This document shows positions 28,328-40,014 of a stretch of 53,103 bases of DNA, piece after piece. The position numbers were made by a program, and so were the translations under genes. The notes below the pieces were generated by a model, which was given only the letters and a program-made list of their open reading frames with translations, had not been told where the DNA came from and made no database searches. Positions within the stretch are counted from its first letter, which is position 1; each line of letters opens with the position of its first letter. The DNA comes from an uncultured Ignavibacteriaceae bacterium (GTDB lineage Bacteria > Bacteroidota > Ignavibacteria > Tepidaquicellales > Tepidaquicellaceae), in the NCBI GenBank assembly GCA_964581915.1, contig CAZOQR010000001.1, positions 1 through 53,103 on the forward strand, given 5' to 3'.

Positions 28328-29140
28328 CTATGAGTTGAAAATTCTTAAAAGATTTTTTAATAATGTTTCCATCTTGTCAAGTTTAATCATGTTGCTTCCG
28401 TCGCTGAGCGCCCTTGCGGGATTCGGATGCGTCTCGAAGAAAAAACCGTCAACGCCGACCGCGGCAGCGGCTCGCGCAAGCGGTTCGATGAACTCCGGAT
28501 TTCCTCCGCTCACTCCTTTTTCTTTCGATGGCATCTGGACGGAATGCGTCGCGTCGAATATCACCGGATACCCGAACTTTTTCATCACGGGAAAACTTCT
28601 GAAATCCACAACGAGATTCTGATATCCGAAGGTCGTGCCGCGTTCCGTCAGAAGTATTTTCCTGTTTCCCGTTTTTTCCACTTTCTTCGCCTGATATATA
28701 ATATCCTGAGGAGCGAGGAACTGTCCTTTCTTTATGTTAACAATCTTTCCCGTCTCGCCCGCCGCCTCGAGAATGTCCGATTGCCTGCAAAGGAATGCAG
28801 GTATCTGTAAAACATCAACAACTTCACTTACAATCTCGGCTTCGAGTTCCGAATGAATGTCAGTCAGAACCGGCACGTCGAATTCCCTGCGGACTTCTTC
28901 GAGGATTTGAAGCGCTTTATCTATGCCTATGCCGCGGAATGAATCGCCCGAAGTCCTGTTAGCCTTGGTGTACGACGCCTTGAAAATAAACGGTATCTTC
29001 AGTTTGCCGGTAATTCTTTTCAGCGTTTCGCAGGTTTTAAACACGACCGGCTTGCTCTCGACTACACAGGGACCCGAAATGAGAAGAAAACTATTAAGGT
29101 TGTTCAGGCCGAGAACCGATTTAAAGTACTTTGGAAGCAT
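28328..29140 (-). CDS. kdsA: 3-deoxy-8-phosphooctulonate synthase
   Basis: LISGPCVVES, FKASYTKANRTS and VLTDIHS motifs. Start placed at ATG 29140 (MLPKYF...). Confidence 0.9.
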   Translation of the reverse strand: MLPKYFKSVLGLNNLNSFLLISGPCVVESKPVVFKTCETLKRITGKLKIPFIFKASYTKANRTSGDSFRGIGIDKALQILEEVRREFDVPVLTDIHSELEAEIVSEVVDVLQIPAFLCRQSDILEAAGETGKIVNIKKGQFLAPQDIIYQAKKVEKTGNRKILLTERGTTFGYQNLVVDFRSFPVMKKFGYPVIFDATHSVQMPSKEKGVSGGNPEFIEPLARAAAAVGVDGFFFETHPNPARALSDGSNMIKLDKMETLLKNLLRIFNS

Positions 29141-29259
29141 ATTTTTTTCAAATGTTAAATTATAAATTCTTAATGTCAAATCCGAATAATCACGCCGTTT
29201 CGTTACAATTAAATCCTAACCTAAGTAAATTACCAATAATAAATTACTAATTAAAATGA

Positions 29260-29844
29260 CTATTTCCCGAGATATTCGTCCAGTTTTAATTTCAGTTCCT
29301 TCCTGTTGTAAAGAGACTTATCGTACATCCCTTTTTCGAGCCGCTGGCGCATCGCCTCGAAAAGACAAACCGCGACGGAGACGGATACGTTCAATGACTG
29401 TACCATTCCCTGCATCGGTATTAGAAAATTCCCGTCCGATTTTTTCTTGAGTTCGTCCGACACGCCCCGGTGCTCATTCCCGAAGACGAGCGCCGCGCGT
29501 TTAGTGAGATCCAACTCGTAGAGCGACGCGTTTTCGCCGTCCTCCTCCATGTGAGTGGAGAATATTTTATATTTCTGTTTCTTGAGTTCTTTAAAACATT
29601 CATCAACATTCGTGAACTTTATCAGTTCCACCCATTTTTTAGCGCTTGCCGACGATACACGGCTTATCTTCGGAAATTTTTCCTCGTTGTATATCAGATA
29701 AACCTTATCGATTCCGACCGACTCCGCGCTTCTCAGAATTGCGCTCACGTTGTGCGGGTCATGAACATTTTCGATTACGATGGTCAGGTATTTCTGCCTT
29801 TTCGAAACGACGTCTTTGAACTTATTTAATCTTTTTTCTGTCAA
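29260..29844 (-). CDS. SpoU/TrmH family RNA 2'-O-methyltransferase
   Basis: The three SpoU motifs are present: NVSAILRSAES, LVFGNEHRGVS and IPMQGMVQSLNVSV. TTG start. Confidence 0.8.
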   Translation of the reverse strand: MTEKRLNKFKDVVSKRQKYLTIVIENVHDPHNVSAILRSAESVGIDKVYLIYNEEKFPKISRVSSASAKKWVELIKFTNVDECFKELKKQKYKIFSTHMEEDGENASLYELDLTKRAALVFGNEHRGVSDELKKKSDGNFLIPMQGMVQSLNVSVSVAVCLFEAMRQRLEKGMYDKSLYNRKELKLKLDEYLGK

Positions 29845-29916
29845 GGATTATATATTGCTAATATGATTTGATTTTTAAAAATTAATCAAATATGTTTCGT
29901 AAAACAATTTAAAATA

Positions 29917-30549
29917 ATGAGAACAGGCAAAAAGGCGGTTTTGATTCTGATACTTACGATAATTCCTCTGGTTACGGGCGCGCAGGTGAACACGAACACA
30001 GTTGAAAAACGAAATCACTGGGGAATCGGATTAATGTACACCGATAACGGGTTCGGAGTATCGGGAACGTACTTCAGGAATATAGGAAGAACGACGGATT
30101 TAACTTTCAAACTCGCCATATCGGGAGTAACGGACCCTTCGGAAGTCGAATACTACGACTTTTACGGAAACTCTTACACCGCGGGAAAAGTAAACAGGGT
30201 TTTTCTCACTTCGCTCAGCATCGGAATCAAGAAGAATATATTTTACGACGACATCGAGGGCAACTTCAAACCATTCGTGAAGACCGGCATTGCGCCCGCG
30301 TTCGTGATGACAACTCCTTACGACAGAAGTTTCTTCAAAGCATTCGGTTACGCCCAGCCGGGTTTCGCGTTCGGCGGTTATGCGGGAATCGGCATAGAGT
30401 ATCAGGAATCCAATTCAATCGGTTTGAGCATATCAGCGGATTATTATTATCTGCCCGTAATCGGAAGGGAAATACTTAGCCTGCAGGACAAGCCGATGAA
30501 GAATCTCGGCGGAATTCAATTAACGTTTAATTTCCTGTTCCTGCATTAA
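29917..30549 (+). CDS. outer-membrane beta-barrel protein, hypothetical
   Basis: Signal peptide and G/Y/F-rich amphipathic strands; 210 aa. Confidence 0.55.
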   Translation: MRTGKKAVLILILTIIPLVTGAQVNTNTVEKRNHWGIGLMYTDNGFGVSGTYFRNIGRTTDLTFKLAISGVTDPSEVEYYDFYGNSYTAGKVNRVFLTSLSIGIKKNIFYDDIEGNFKPFVKTGIAPAFVMTTPYDRSFFKAFGYAQPGFAFGGYAGIGIEYQESNSIGLSISADYYYLPVIGREILSLQDKPMKNLGGIQLTFNFLFLH

Positions 30550-30556
30550 GAAGAGT

Positions 30557-32557
<2,001 letters not shown>

Positions 32558-32567
32558 TTAAGCGATG

Positions 32568-33617
32568 CTACTTTTCGTTCTTGACAATGCCCTGTCTTGA
32601 TATCTTCAATAGCCTGATTCTCTTTTCGTCGAATTTCAGAGGCTTGCCGTTAAGAAATGCAGTGAATGATTCGGTGTTGTTAGATGATATTAAGAAGTAA
32701 TTCTTCGCCTTCCATTCGCCCTTTTCGTCCTTATTGAAATTCTCCCTGTACATCGTTTTTTCCGTGAGTGTGTCAACGAAAACAGTGAGCGAACCTTTGT
32801 AAAGAGCCTCTATCCTGAGACTCAGCGAATCCTCTCTTACCTTTCTGAGTGAATCCGCGATTATGTTTGCTTTTCTTATTGAATCCTGTATCTCTTCTTC
32901 CGTTCTTTTTCCAAGAACCTTCTTCTCCGTTTCCTTTACGATATCGTCGAAGTTCTGCCTTATAATTTCTGTCTTGGAACCTTTTCCGCTAAGGAACACC
33001 ACGTCAACGAGTAGATAAATGCCGAAAAGCAATGCCAGTATTAGCAGAACAATGCCGAGGTTTTTCAAAAACGATACCGGCATCTTGAATCCCCTGTCCT
33101 CATAATACTTCCCGTTGAATTCGCCCCTGTCTCCCTCAATCTTTATCCTTTTAGATTTTGAAAACGCTTTTTTCTCAGGATACGAATCGTCGGATTCATT
33201 CTTATCAGGCTCTGTAAGATTGGATGTTATCGTGTGCCTTTTTACCGTCGGTACCTCGAATATATCATCAAGTTTGGATTTGTCGGAAATTTCAGGTTCG
33301 GGTTCCGCTTTGCGCGGCTCGGGTTTTACATCCGCGGTTTTTATCTCATCGCTTTCGGATGCTTCGGTCATTCCCGCGTACTTGCCGCTCCTCGCCATTT
33401 CATAATTGAATAATATTTCATCCGGATTAAGACCTGCTATTCTGGAATATTGTTTCAGGAAAGCCCTTATGTACGTTGATGAATAGAAAGAAAAATCGCC
33501 GTTCTCCATTTTTTCGAGCAGCGTGATGTGTATCCGCGTCTTGTTGGCAATATCATGCAGAGTGATGCCGCGCTTTTCCCTTATTTTTTTTAGGTCTGCT
33601 CCGAATTTCTTTAACAT
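32568..33617 (-). CDS. RodZ-like HTH (XRE) membrane protein
   Basis: N-terminal XRE-type HTH (LKKIREKRGITLHDIANKTRI), an acidic linker, a single TM helix and a C-terminal beta-rich domain. Confidence 0.7.
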   Translation of the reverse strand: MLKKFGADLKKIREKRGITLHDIANKTRIHITLLEKMENGDFSFYSSTYIRAFLKQYSRIAGLNPDEILFNYEMARSGKYAGMTEASESDEIKTADVKPEPRKAEPEPEISDKSKLDDIFEVPTVKRHTITSNLTEPDKNESDDSYPEKKAFSKSKRIKIEGDRGEFNGKYYEDRGFKMPVSFLKNLGIVLLILALLFGIYLLVDVVFLSGKGSKTEIIRQNFDDIVKETEKKVLGKRTEEEIQDSIRKANIIADSLRKVREDSLSLRIEALYKGSLTVFVDTLTEKTMYRENFNKDEKGEWKAKNYFLISSNNTESFTAFLNGKPLKFDEKRIRLLKISRQGIVKNEK

Positions 33618-33804
33618 GGCGTTGTTTTATCGGGATAAGTTATTATTTTTTTTCAAAACATTAAAGTAATGATTTAATATCTTTTTACGATACAGGAAAC
33701 CCGGGGTTCGCAATACGTTCATTCAATACTCTGATATTACAGTTTAAAACAATCGGAAATGATAATAAGTTTTGCCTGCCCCTGCACCGGTAACGACACT
33801 TGCA

Positions 33805-34434
33805 TCATTTGACCCTGAAACTGCCGAATAGAAAATCATCAGGCGCGTTTATGCTGACTGCGTCAATTATTTCAGCCGTGACGGTAAATTCCGTTACTTT
33901 TTTTTCTTTGTGGTGAAAATCCGTGCTCTTTTTTTCGAGATAAAGTTTTTGCGCGCCGGACACTCCCGTTATCCTGACAACAAGAAGACCGCTTTTATCC
34001 GCTGCAAGTTTCCTCATGTTTTTCTCCCCTCCCTCAACAATGAACACGAAGGCGTTATCGCGCTCCCCGATATATACGAGAGAAGTATCGGAAAAACCTG
34101 TCTCTTCAATGTTCCTGATTTGCTCTCTTGTGACTGGGATTACAGCATTCCTGTTTATCAGTATTTTGCCAATCGATGTTTTTTCGTTCCTGCCGTACCT
34201 GCTCCAGTCGGACAGAGCGCTGTACTTTTCCGAAAAAGAATTAATAAATTCGTCATATCTCACGGAATCCTCGCCTGTTATCAACTCTCCGTTCCCGCTG
34301 ATATTCTGAACAACCGAATCGAATGCTGATGTCGTTTCCTTTTTTTCCTTTTCGTTGCAGGAGCACACGATTAACATTAACAGACAGGATGTCAGTATTC
34401 TTGTTATGCTATTCAAATTTCGATTTGATTTCAT
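33805..34434 (-). CDS. hypothetical lipoprotein
   Basis: Lipobox IVCSC. I recognise no family. It overlaps the upstream HIT gene by 26 nt. Confidence 0.5.
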   Translation of the reverse strand: MKSNRNLNSITRILTSCLLMLIVCSCNEKEKKETTSAFDSVVQNISGNGELITGEDSVRYDEFINSFSEKYSALSDWSRYGRNEKTSIGKILINRNAVIPVTREQIRNIEETGFSDTSLVYIGERDNAFVFIVEGGEKNMRKLAADKSGLLVVRITGVSGAQKLYLEKKSTDFHHKEKKVTEFTVTAEIIDAVSINAPDDFLFGSFRVK

Positions 34435-34825
34435 CCGCGATCGCGTCCAGTTGCGCTCTTGAAAATTTCATCTTGCTTCCGAAGCGAAAACCTATCCCGT
34501 CGCCTGCGTATCTCGGAATCAAATGCAGATGGGCGTGGGGAATTTCCTGACCCGCCGATTTGCCGTCGGAGAGAACAAAACTAATCGCTTCAAGTTTTAA
34601 CGATGTCTTTCTCATTCCGCGGCTGATTAGTTTTCCGGCTCTGAACATCCTTTCCGCATACTCATCGTCAAGATCCGCGATTAATTCTGCGTGCTTTTTT
34701 GGAATTACGAGCAAGTGCCCCTCAGTCGCGGGGAATAAATCCATTATACCGATAACGAGTTCGTCCTCGTACACGAAACTCGACTCCACTTTTTTTTCGA
34801 TAATTGAGCAGAATATGCAGTCCAT
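34409..34825 (-). CDS. HIT family hydrolase (canonical triad)
   Basis: CIFCSI N-terminus and the HAHLHLIPR histidine triad. Confidence 0.85.
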   Translation of the reverse strand: MDCIFCSIIEKKVESSFVYEDELVIGIMDLFPATEGHLLVIPKKHAELIADLDDEYAERMFRAGKLISRGMRKTSLKLEAISFVLSDGKSAGQEIPHAHLHLIPRYAGDGIGFRFGSKMKFSRAQLDAIADEIKSKFE

Positions 34826-34965
34826 AAGCAGTTTGTTTCGTTTAAAATAATAAATATTTCAAACATAAACCGTAAAGAATATAATAATGACGCGAATTAT
34901 GTCAGTTAAAATATTGAGCAAAAGAACTAATTTAAGGTATCAACCTCAAACATAATTTAACGCTT

Positions 34966-35631
34966 ATGAACAAGTACATAATAACGGCGCTTGCCGTATT
35001 GATAATAACCGCTTCCTTCGCGGCAATATGTTCTAAGGAAAATATAAAAGCGCCTGCAGGCAGCACCGGAACAATAAAACTTCCTCCTCCCGAAACGACG
35101 GGCGGGATGCCGCTGATGGAAGCGCTTTCAAAACGTCAATCATCAAGGAATTTCACATCTCAGAATTTATCCGAGCAGACGCTTTCTAACATAATGTGGG
35201 CGGCTTTCGGAATAAACAGAAAAGAAAACGGAAAAAGAACCGCTCCGACGGCGAACGATACGAGGGCTGTTGAAATATATGCTGTTATGGAATCGGGAGC
35301 GTACAGGTACAACGCCGAAGAGCATTCTCTCGAACCCGTTGTAAACAGGGATATACGCGCTCTGGCAGGAAAACAGGACTTCGTTTCAACTGCTCCGCTT
35401 AACCTGATTATCGTAGCGGATTATTCAAAATTTAAAAGCGGCGGAGACAGGGAAATCTACGCGGGCTCACACGCCGGCTTTATCGGCGAGAATGTTTATC
35501 TGTATTGCGCTTCTGCAGGACTCGGCGCCGTGATTCGCGCTTACGTGGATAAAGAACCGCTCGCGAAGGAATTAAACCTCGATGAAAACAAGGCTGTAAT
35601 TCTCGCGCAGACAATCGGATACACAAACTAA
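34966..35631 (+). CDS. exported nitroreductase-family (SagB-type-like) flavoprotein
   Basis: N-terminal signal peptide followed by a nitroreductase-fold pattern (RQSSRNF...LSNIMWAAFGINR). Confidence 0.75.
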   Translation: MNKYIITALAVLIITASFAAICSKENIKAPAGSTGTIKLPPPETTGGMPLMEALSKRQSSRNFTSQNLSEQTLSNIMWAAFGINRKENGKRTAPTANDTRAVEIYAVMESGAYRYNAEEHSLEPVVNRDIRALAGKQDFVSTAPLNLIIVADYSKFKSGGDREIYAGSHAGFIGENVYLYCASAGLGAVIRAYVDKEPLAKELNLDENKAVILAQTIGYTN

Positions 35632-35677
35632 GAATTTTTAAATTTATTCAGTGTTTGATATTATATATATTTATTGA

Positions 35678-36418
35678 TTGTACCAAAATAAATTACACGA
35701 CGTGAAATTAGACGCTTTATTCATAGCCTCGCATCCCGATGATATTGAAATTACTTGCGCAGGAACAGCGATAAAACTCGTTGACGAAGGAAGAAAAGTA
35801 GGAATACTGGACCTTACAAGGGGTGAACTCAGCACGAGAGGCAATCTTAAAACGAGAAAAAAGGAGACTGAAGACGCTTCGAGAGTGATGGGGATTCATT
35901 ACCGCGCTAACCTCGGACTGAAAGACGGATGCATCGAGAACACGCCTTCTAACAGGATAAAACTCATTAAGATAATCAGGGAAACGAAGCCGGCTATATT
36001 GTTTGCTCCGTATCCGTCGGACAGACACACCGACCACATCAATGCGAGCAATTTCATCCGCGAATCCGCATTCCTGTCGGGACTCGAAAAAATCAGGACC
36101 GGAAATCAAAAAGCGCACAGACCCGGCAAGGTCTTTTATTACAGACACGCTTACGATTTTCCCGTTAGTTTCATCGTTGACATATCGGACACTTTCGCGA
36201 GAAAGATAGAAGCGATTTCCTGCTACGGCTCACAGTTCTTCAGCGGAGCCGAATCATCCGCGGACGAGCCCGAAACGTACATAAGCACTAAACTTTTCTG
36301 GAAGGACCTCGAAACGCGCGGCAGATTCTTCGGGTTTAAAATCGGAGCCGAGTTCGGCGAGCCGTTCTTCTGTTATGAAGACCTTAACATTAAGGCAAAC
36401 AACTTATTCACACTATAA
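35678..36418 (+). CDS. bshB1: PIG-L family deacetylase, BshB1-like
   Basis: LFIASHPDDIEITCAGT and HTDH motifs. The ORF-track start is TTG 35678. GTG 35702 (MKLDALFI...) is an equally plausible start. Confidence 0.75.
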   Translation: MYQNKLHDVKLDALFIASHPDDIEITCAGTAIKLVDEGRKVGILDLTRGELSTRGNLKTRKKETEDASRVMGIHYRANLGLKDGCIENTPSNRIKLIKIIRETKPAILFAPYPSDRHTDHINASNFIRESAFLSGLEKIRTGNQKAHRPGKVFYYRHAYDFPVSFIVDISDTFARKIEAISCYGSQFFSGAESSADEPETYISTKLFWKDLETRGRFFGFKIGAEFGEPFFCYEDLNIKANNLFTL

Positions 36419-37227
36419 TGATTGATTTGAAAAAAAAGAAAATTCTTGTCTTTGACCTTGAAGTTGCCGCTTATGACTTCGATACTCACTATGACGAGGA
36501 AACAAAGGAATACCTTACAAAGTACGCGAAGAACGAGGAAGAGAGAAAGACCGCGATTGAGAATCTTGTATTCACCCCTTTTACTTCGCAACTGGTAGCA
36601 ATCGGAATGCTTGATTACAACAAGAAAGAGGGCGCCGTAATCGTCAATGGCGAAAGCACGGAAGAACTCGACCCGTCGGCTAAACTCGAATCGGAAATAA
36701 TGCTTGATTACGACGTGGAGCCCGCGGAAGACGTAGATGGCAAACTGCCGTACAGAGAAGAAAAACTCGGCAAACTTACCTACCTTTGCAGGAACGAAAA
36801 GGAAATGCTCGAACTCTTCTGGAAAAAGATTAAGAACGAAGGATACAATTTGTTCGTTACGTTCAACGGACGCGAGTTCGACTGCCCGTTCATTATGCTT
36901 CGTTCGCTATTCATGGGAATACGCCCTTCTTACAACCTGATGAGCGGAACTGATTTCAACATTCGCGGATACCATATCGATATGATGAAAGAACTCACGT
37001 TCAACAAGCACGCTCCGACGGGAGCAAGAAGAAAATTCTCACTGGATTTTTACTGCAAGCAACTGGGAATTCCCAGTCCGAAAGCGGAAGGCGTTACGGG
37101 AGATATGGTAAACGAACTTTTCAGAAACAAAGAAACACAGAAAATAGCGGATTACTGTTTCGGCGATGTTGTCGCGACGGGAAATCTTTTTAACTTATGG
37201 AACAAATATTTGGATTTTAACAATTAA
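36418..37227 (+). CDS. stand-alone PolB-like DEDDy 3'-5' exonuclease (RNase H-like fold, COG3298-like)
   Basis: ExoI VFDLEV, Exo[12 protein letters not shown] and Exo[12 protein letters not shown]. The start overlaps the bshB1 stop (TAATG). Confidence 0.65.
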   Translation: MIDLKKKKILVFDLEVAAYDFDTHYDEETKEYLTKYAKNEEERKTAIENLVFTPFTSQLVAIGMLDYNKKEGAVIVNGESTEELDPSAKLESEIMLDYDVEPAEDVDGKLPYREEKLGKLTYLCRNEKEMLELFWKKIKNEGYNLFVTFNGREFDCPFIMLRSLFMGIRPSYNLMSGTDFNIRGYHIDMMKELTFNKHAPTGARRKFSLDFYCKQLGIPSPKAEGVTGDMVNELFRNKETQKIADYCFGDVVATGNLFNLWNKYLDFNN

Positions 37228-37241
37228 AGGAGCATAAACAA

Positions 37242-37574
37242 ATGAAACCAAATCAAATGCAGGGAATGCTGAAACAGGTGAAGAAGATGCAGGAAAGAAT
37301 GGACCAGATACAGGCGGAACTCGAAAATAAACTTCTGACGGAAGAATCCGGCGGCGGAATGGTAAAGGTGACCATTAACGGGAAAAGCGTGATTCAGAAA
37401 ATTGAAATCGAAAAGGAAATACTCAAATCCGAAGATTCGGAAATGCTCGAAGACCTCCTGATTGCCGCGTGCAACAAGGCATTCGAGGCGTCGCAGAAAC
37501 TTTCAAACGAAGAAATGTCAAAGGCTACCGCGGGAATGATTCCGAACATCCCTGGTTTAAATCTCGGATTTTAG
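37242..37574 (+). CDS. ybaB: YbaB/EbfC nucleoid-associated protein
   Basis: 110 aa. An AGGAG Shine-Dalgarno lies 8 nt upstream. The ...[12 protein letters not shown]... core and its position directly before recR fit the family. Confidence 0.9.
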   Translation: MKPNQMQGMLKQVKKMQERMDQIQAELENKLLTEESGGGMVKVTINGKSVIQKIEIEKEILKSEDSEMLEDLLIAACNKAFEASQKLSNEEMSKATAGMIPNIPGLNLGF

Positions 37575-37576
37575 TA

Positions 37577-38179
37577 ATGGTTAATATATCAGGAACACTC
37601 GAAACACTCGTGACGGAACTGACGAAACTTCCTTCGATAGGAAGAAAAACTGCCCAGAGGCTTGCTATGTTCATAATCAAACAGCAGCGTTCGGACGTCG
37701 AAAAACTATCGAAAGCCCTTATTGAGATTAAGGACAAGATTAAGTTCTGCAGCGTCTGCTGCAACATCACCGAGGACGAAGTTTGCAGGATTTGCGGTTC
37801 GGAAAAAAGAAACCGCTCCGTGATTTGCGTCGTCGAAGAGCCGCAGGACGTTTACGCCATCGAAAAGACGAACGAGTACAGAGGGCTTTATCACGTCCTT
37901 CACGGTCGGATATCCCCTCTTGACGGTATCGGTCCGAATGACATAAAGATAAAGGAACTGCTGTACAGGCTCGAAGACAACCACGAAATAAAAGAAATCA
38001 TTTTAGCGCTTAATCCGACGGTCGAGGGAGAAACCACTATTCTGTATCTCGGCAAGATAATAAGACCGCTTGACATAAAAATAACAAGAATCGCAAGAGG
38101 CATTCCCATTGGCTCGGACATCGAACTTACGGATGAAGTGACTCTCGCAAAAGCGCTTGAAGGAAGAGTGGCGGTCTGA
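37577..38179 (+). CDS. recR: recombination protein RecR
   Basis: LPSIGRKTAQRLA HhH motif, a C4 zinc finger (CSVCCNI...CRIC) and a Toprim domain. The true ATG is 37577, not the ORF-track 37469. Confidence 0.95.
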   Translation: MVNISGTLETLVTELTKLPSIGRKTAQRLAMFIIKQQRSDVEKLSKALIEIKDKIKFCSVCCNITEDEVCRICGSEKRNRSVICVVEEPQDVYAIEKTNEYRGLYHVLHGRISPLDGIGPNDIKIKELLYRLEDNHEIKEIILALNPTVEGETTILYLGKIIRPLDIKITRIARGIPIGSDIELTDEVTLAKALEGRVAV

Positions 38180-38181
38180 AA

Positions 38182-38922
38182 ATGAAAAAGAAGAACTGGT
38201 ACGAAGAATGGTTTTCCAATAAGCATTATCTCGAACTGTACAGCCACAGGAACGAGAAAGAAGCGCGCGACCTGATTAACCTGATTCAGAGATACACGGG
38301 CATCGGTCCGGGTTCCGCCGTGCTTGACGTTTGCTGCGGCGCGGGAAGGCACTCTGTCGAGTTGGCGAGACGGGGATATGACGTAACGGGAATTGACCTT
38401 TCGCGGTACCTGATTTCAGAAGCAAAGAAAGCGCTGAAAAAAGCCGATGAGAAGGGATTGAAAGCGAAATTTTTAATCCGCGATATGAAAAATTTTTCTT
38501 TCAGCAGAAAATTCGACGCCGCGATAAACGTGTTCTCAAGTTTCGGTTATTTCGAGAAAGACGGCGACAATCTTAAAGTGTTCGTAAATATTTCTTCGTC
38601 GCTTAAAAAAGGCGGATGCTTCGTGTTTGACTTTTTAAACGAGAAATACGTGCGGAAAGCCCTCGTGCCTTATTCCGGGGAAATGCACGACGGAATAAAG
38701 ATAGTGCTGAAAAGACGCGTGACGGACGGATTCGTCACGAAAGATATAATTATCGGAAAAAAGATTTATACGGAAAGGATACGGCTTTATTCGGCTGAAG
38801 AAATCCGGAATATGCTGAGACATTCCGGCTTCAGGATTGAAAACCGTTTCGGCGATTATCTTGGAAACGGATTCAGCAGCACGAAATCAAAGCGTTTAAT
38901 AATATTCAGCAGGAAGGTTTGA
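38182..38922 (+). CDS. class I SAM-dependent methyltransferase
   Basis: Motif I VLDVCCGAGRHS with an acidic post-I residue (GIDLS). Confidence 0.85.
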   Translation: MKKKNWYEEWFSNKHYLELYSHRNEKEARDLINLIQRYTGIGPGSAVLDVCCGAGRHSVELARRGYDVTGIDLSRYLISEAKKALKKADEKGLKAKFLIRDMKNFSFSRKFDAAINVFSSFGYFEKDGDNLKVFVNISSSLKKGGCFVFDFLNEKYVRKALVPYSGEMHDGIKIVLKRRVTDGFVTKDIIIGKKIYTERIRLYSAEEIRNMLRHSGFRIENRFGDYLGNGFSSTKSKRLIIFSRKV

Positions 38923-39500
38923 ATAAATCATATTTAATATTAATCTTCATTGCGGTCGCAGCATTACTGAATTCCTGCGCTTTGAGGGATGACGAGACGC
39001 CGACGATATCAAGAAACACTTTTGTTCCTCCGACGTCTCCCGACCTCGTTATGGTGAACCTTCAGTTTTCAATAATTGAGAAAGACGTTAACAATTATAT
39101 GTCCTGCTTCGTCGATTCCAATTACTCCGCGAGAAGTTACAGTTACGTTCCCGACGTTATATCGCAGATACAATATCCGATTTTTCAAAACTGGAAATTG
39201 TCGAATGAAAAAACGTATTTCACGAGCCTATTGTCGCTGATGAACGAGAACTCGACTTCCAACGTATTCTTTTCAAATCCCGTTCTGAACACGCTTTCCG
39301 ATACCGCGGTCTATGACGCGGATTATCTGCTCAGGGCGGACCATCAGAAAACAAACGTGGCAAAAACACTAAAAGGCAAGATAAGACTCATACTCTCCGC
39401 TGATTCAAGGAACCTATGGTCAATACACAAATGGATTGATTTTCAGTCAATGAACTCCGATACTACGTGGAGCGTCTTAAAAGCGAATTTCAGCAACTGA
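38919..39500 (+). CDS. hypothetical lipoprotein (NTF2-like pattern), paralogue 1
   Basis: Lipobox LLNSC. TTG start overlapping the methyltransferase stop (TTGA). The C-terminal WSIHKWID motif is shared with the next gene. Confidence 0.5.
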   Translation: MNKSYLILIFIAVAALLNSCALRDDETPTISRNTFVPPTSPDLVMVNLQFSIIEKDVNNYMSCFVDSNYSARSYSYVPDVISQIQYPIFQNWKLSNEKTYFTSLLSLMNENSTSNVFFSNPVLNTLSDTAVYDADYLLRADHQKTNVAKTLKGKIRLILSADSRNLWSIHKWIDFQSMNSDTTWSVLKANFSN

Positions 39501-39501
39501 G

Positions 39502-40014
39502 TTGAAGAACGGAAAAATATATATCGTACTGCTTCTGGCTTGCGTGAGTTTAATGCTTGCGTCCTGCGAAAATATTTTCGCGCCGTCGCTCGACAATTCG
39601 TCATCGGGACAGATACTTTCCGACCAGAAAACCATCGACGGTGTCTTTACAAATTTCAGGTACGCTTACACGTTCAAGGATACTTCGGTTTATTCGGGAC
39701 TCCTTACTGATGATTTTATGTTCACGTACACTGATTACGAATCCGGCTTCGACGTGTCGTGGGACAAACCGACCGAGATGAGAACCACCGGCAGACTCTT
39801 CGAGAATGCCCAGAAGACCGAGGTTATATGGAATAACATAACAGTTCTGATAGGAGACAGCCTAAAGATGAACGTAAAAAGAAGTTTCAACCTCACAATC
39901 ACATTCAATCCAAGCAACATCGTGCGCCTGTACGGTTTTGCCGATATGAACCTTGTGCGCCCGACCGCTGACGGCGTCTGGAAAATCCGCCGCTGGCGCG
40001 ACCAGAGTTTTTAG
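39502..40014 (+). CDS. hypothetical lipoprotein (NTF2-like pattern), paralogue 2
   Basis: Lipobox MLASC. TTG start 1 nt after the preceding stop. C-terminal WKIRRWRD motif. Confidence 0.5.
   Translation: MKNGKIYIVLLLACVSLMLASCENIFAPSLDNSSSGQILSDQKTIDGVFTNFRYAYTFKDTSVYSGLLTDDFMFTYTDYESGFDVSWDKPTEMRTTGRLFENAQKTEVIWNNITVLIGDSLKMNVKRSFNLTITFNPSNIVRLYGFADMNLVRPTADGVWKIRRWRDQSF

Noticed and set aside
33701-33714. tRNA T-loop-like GGTTCGCAAT
   Set aside because: The flanks do not form a T-stem, acceptor stem or anticodon arm, so it is not a tRNA.
37469-37576. N-terminal extension of recR in the ORF track
   Set aside because: It lies inside ybaB in another frame. RecR homology starts at the ATG at 37577.
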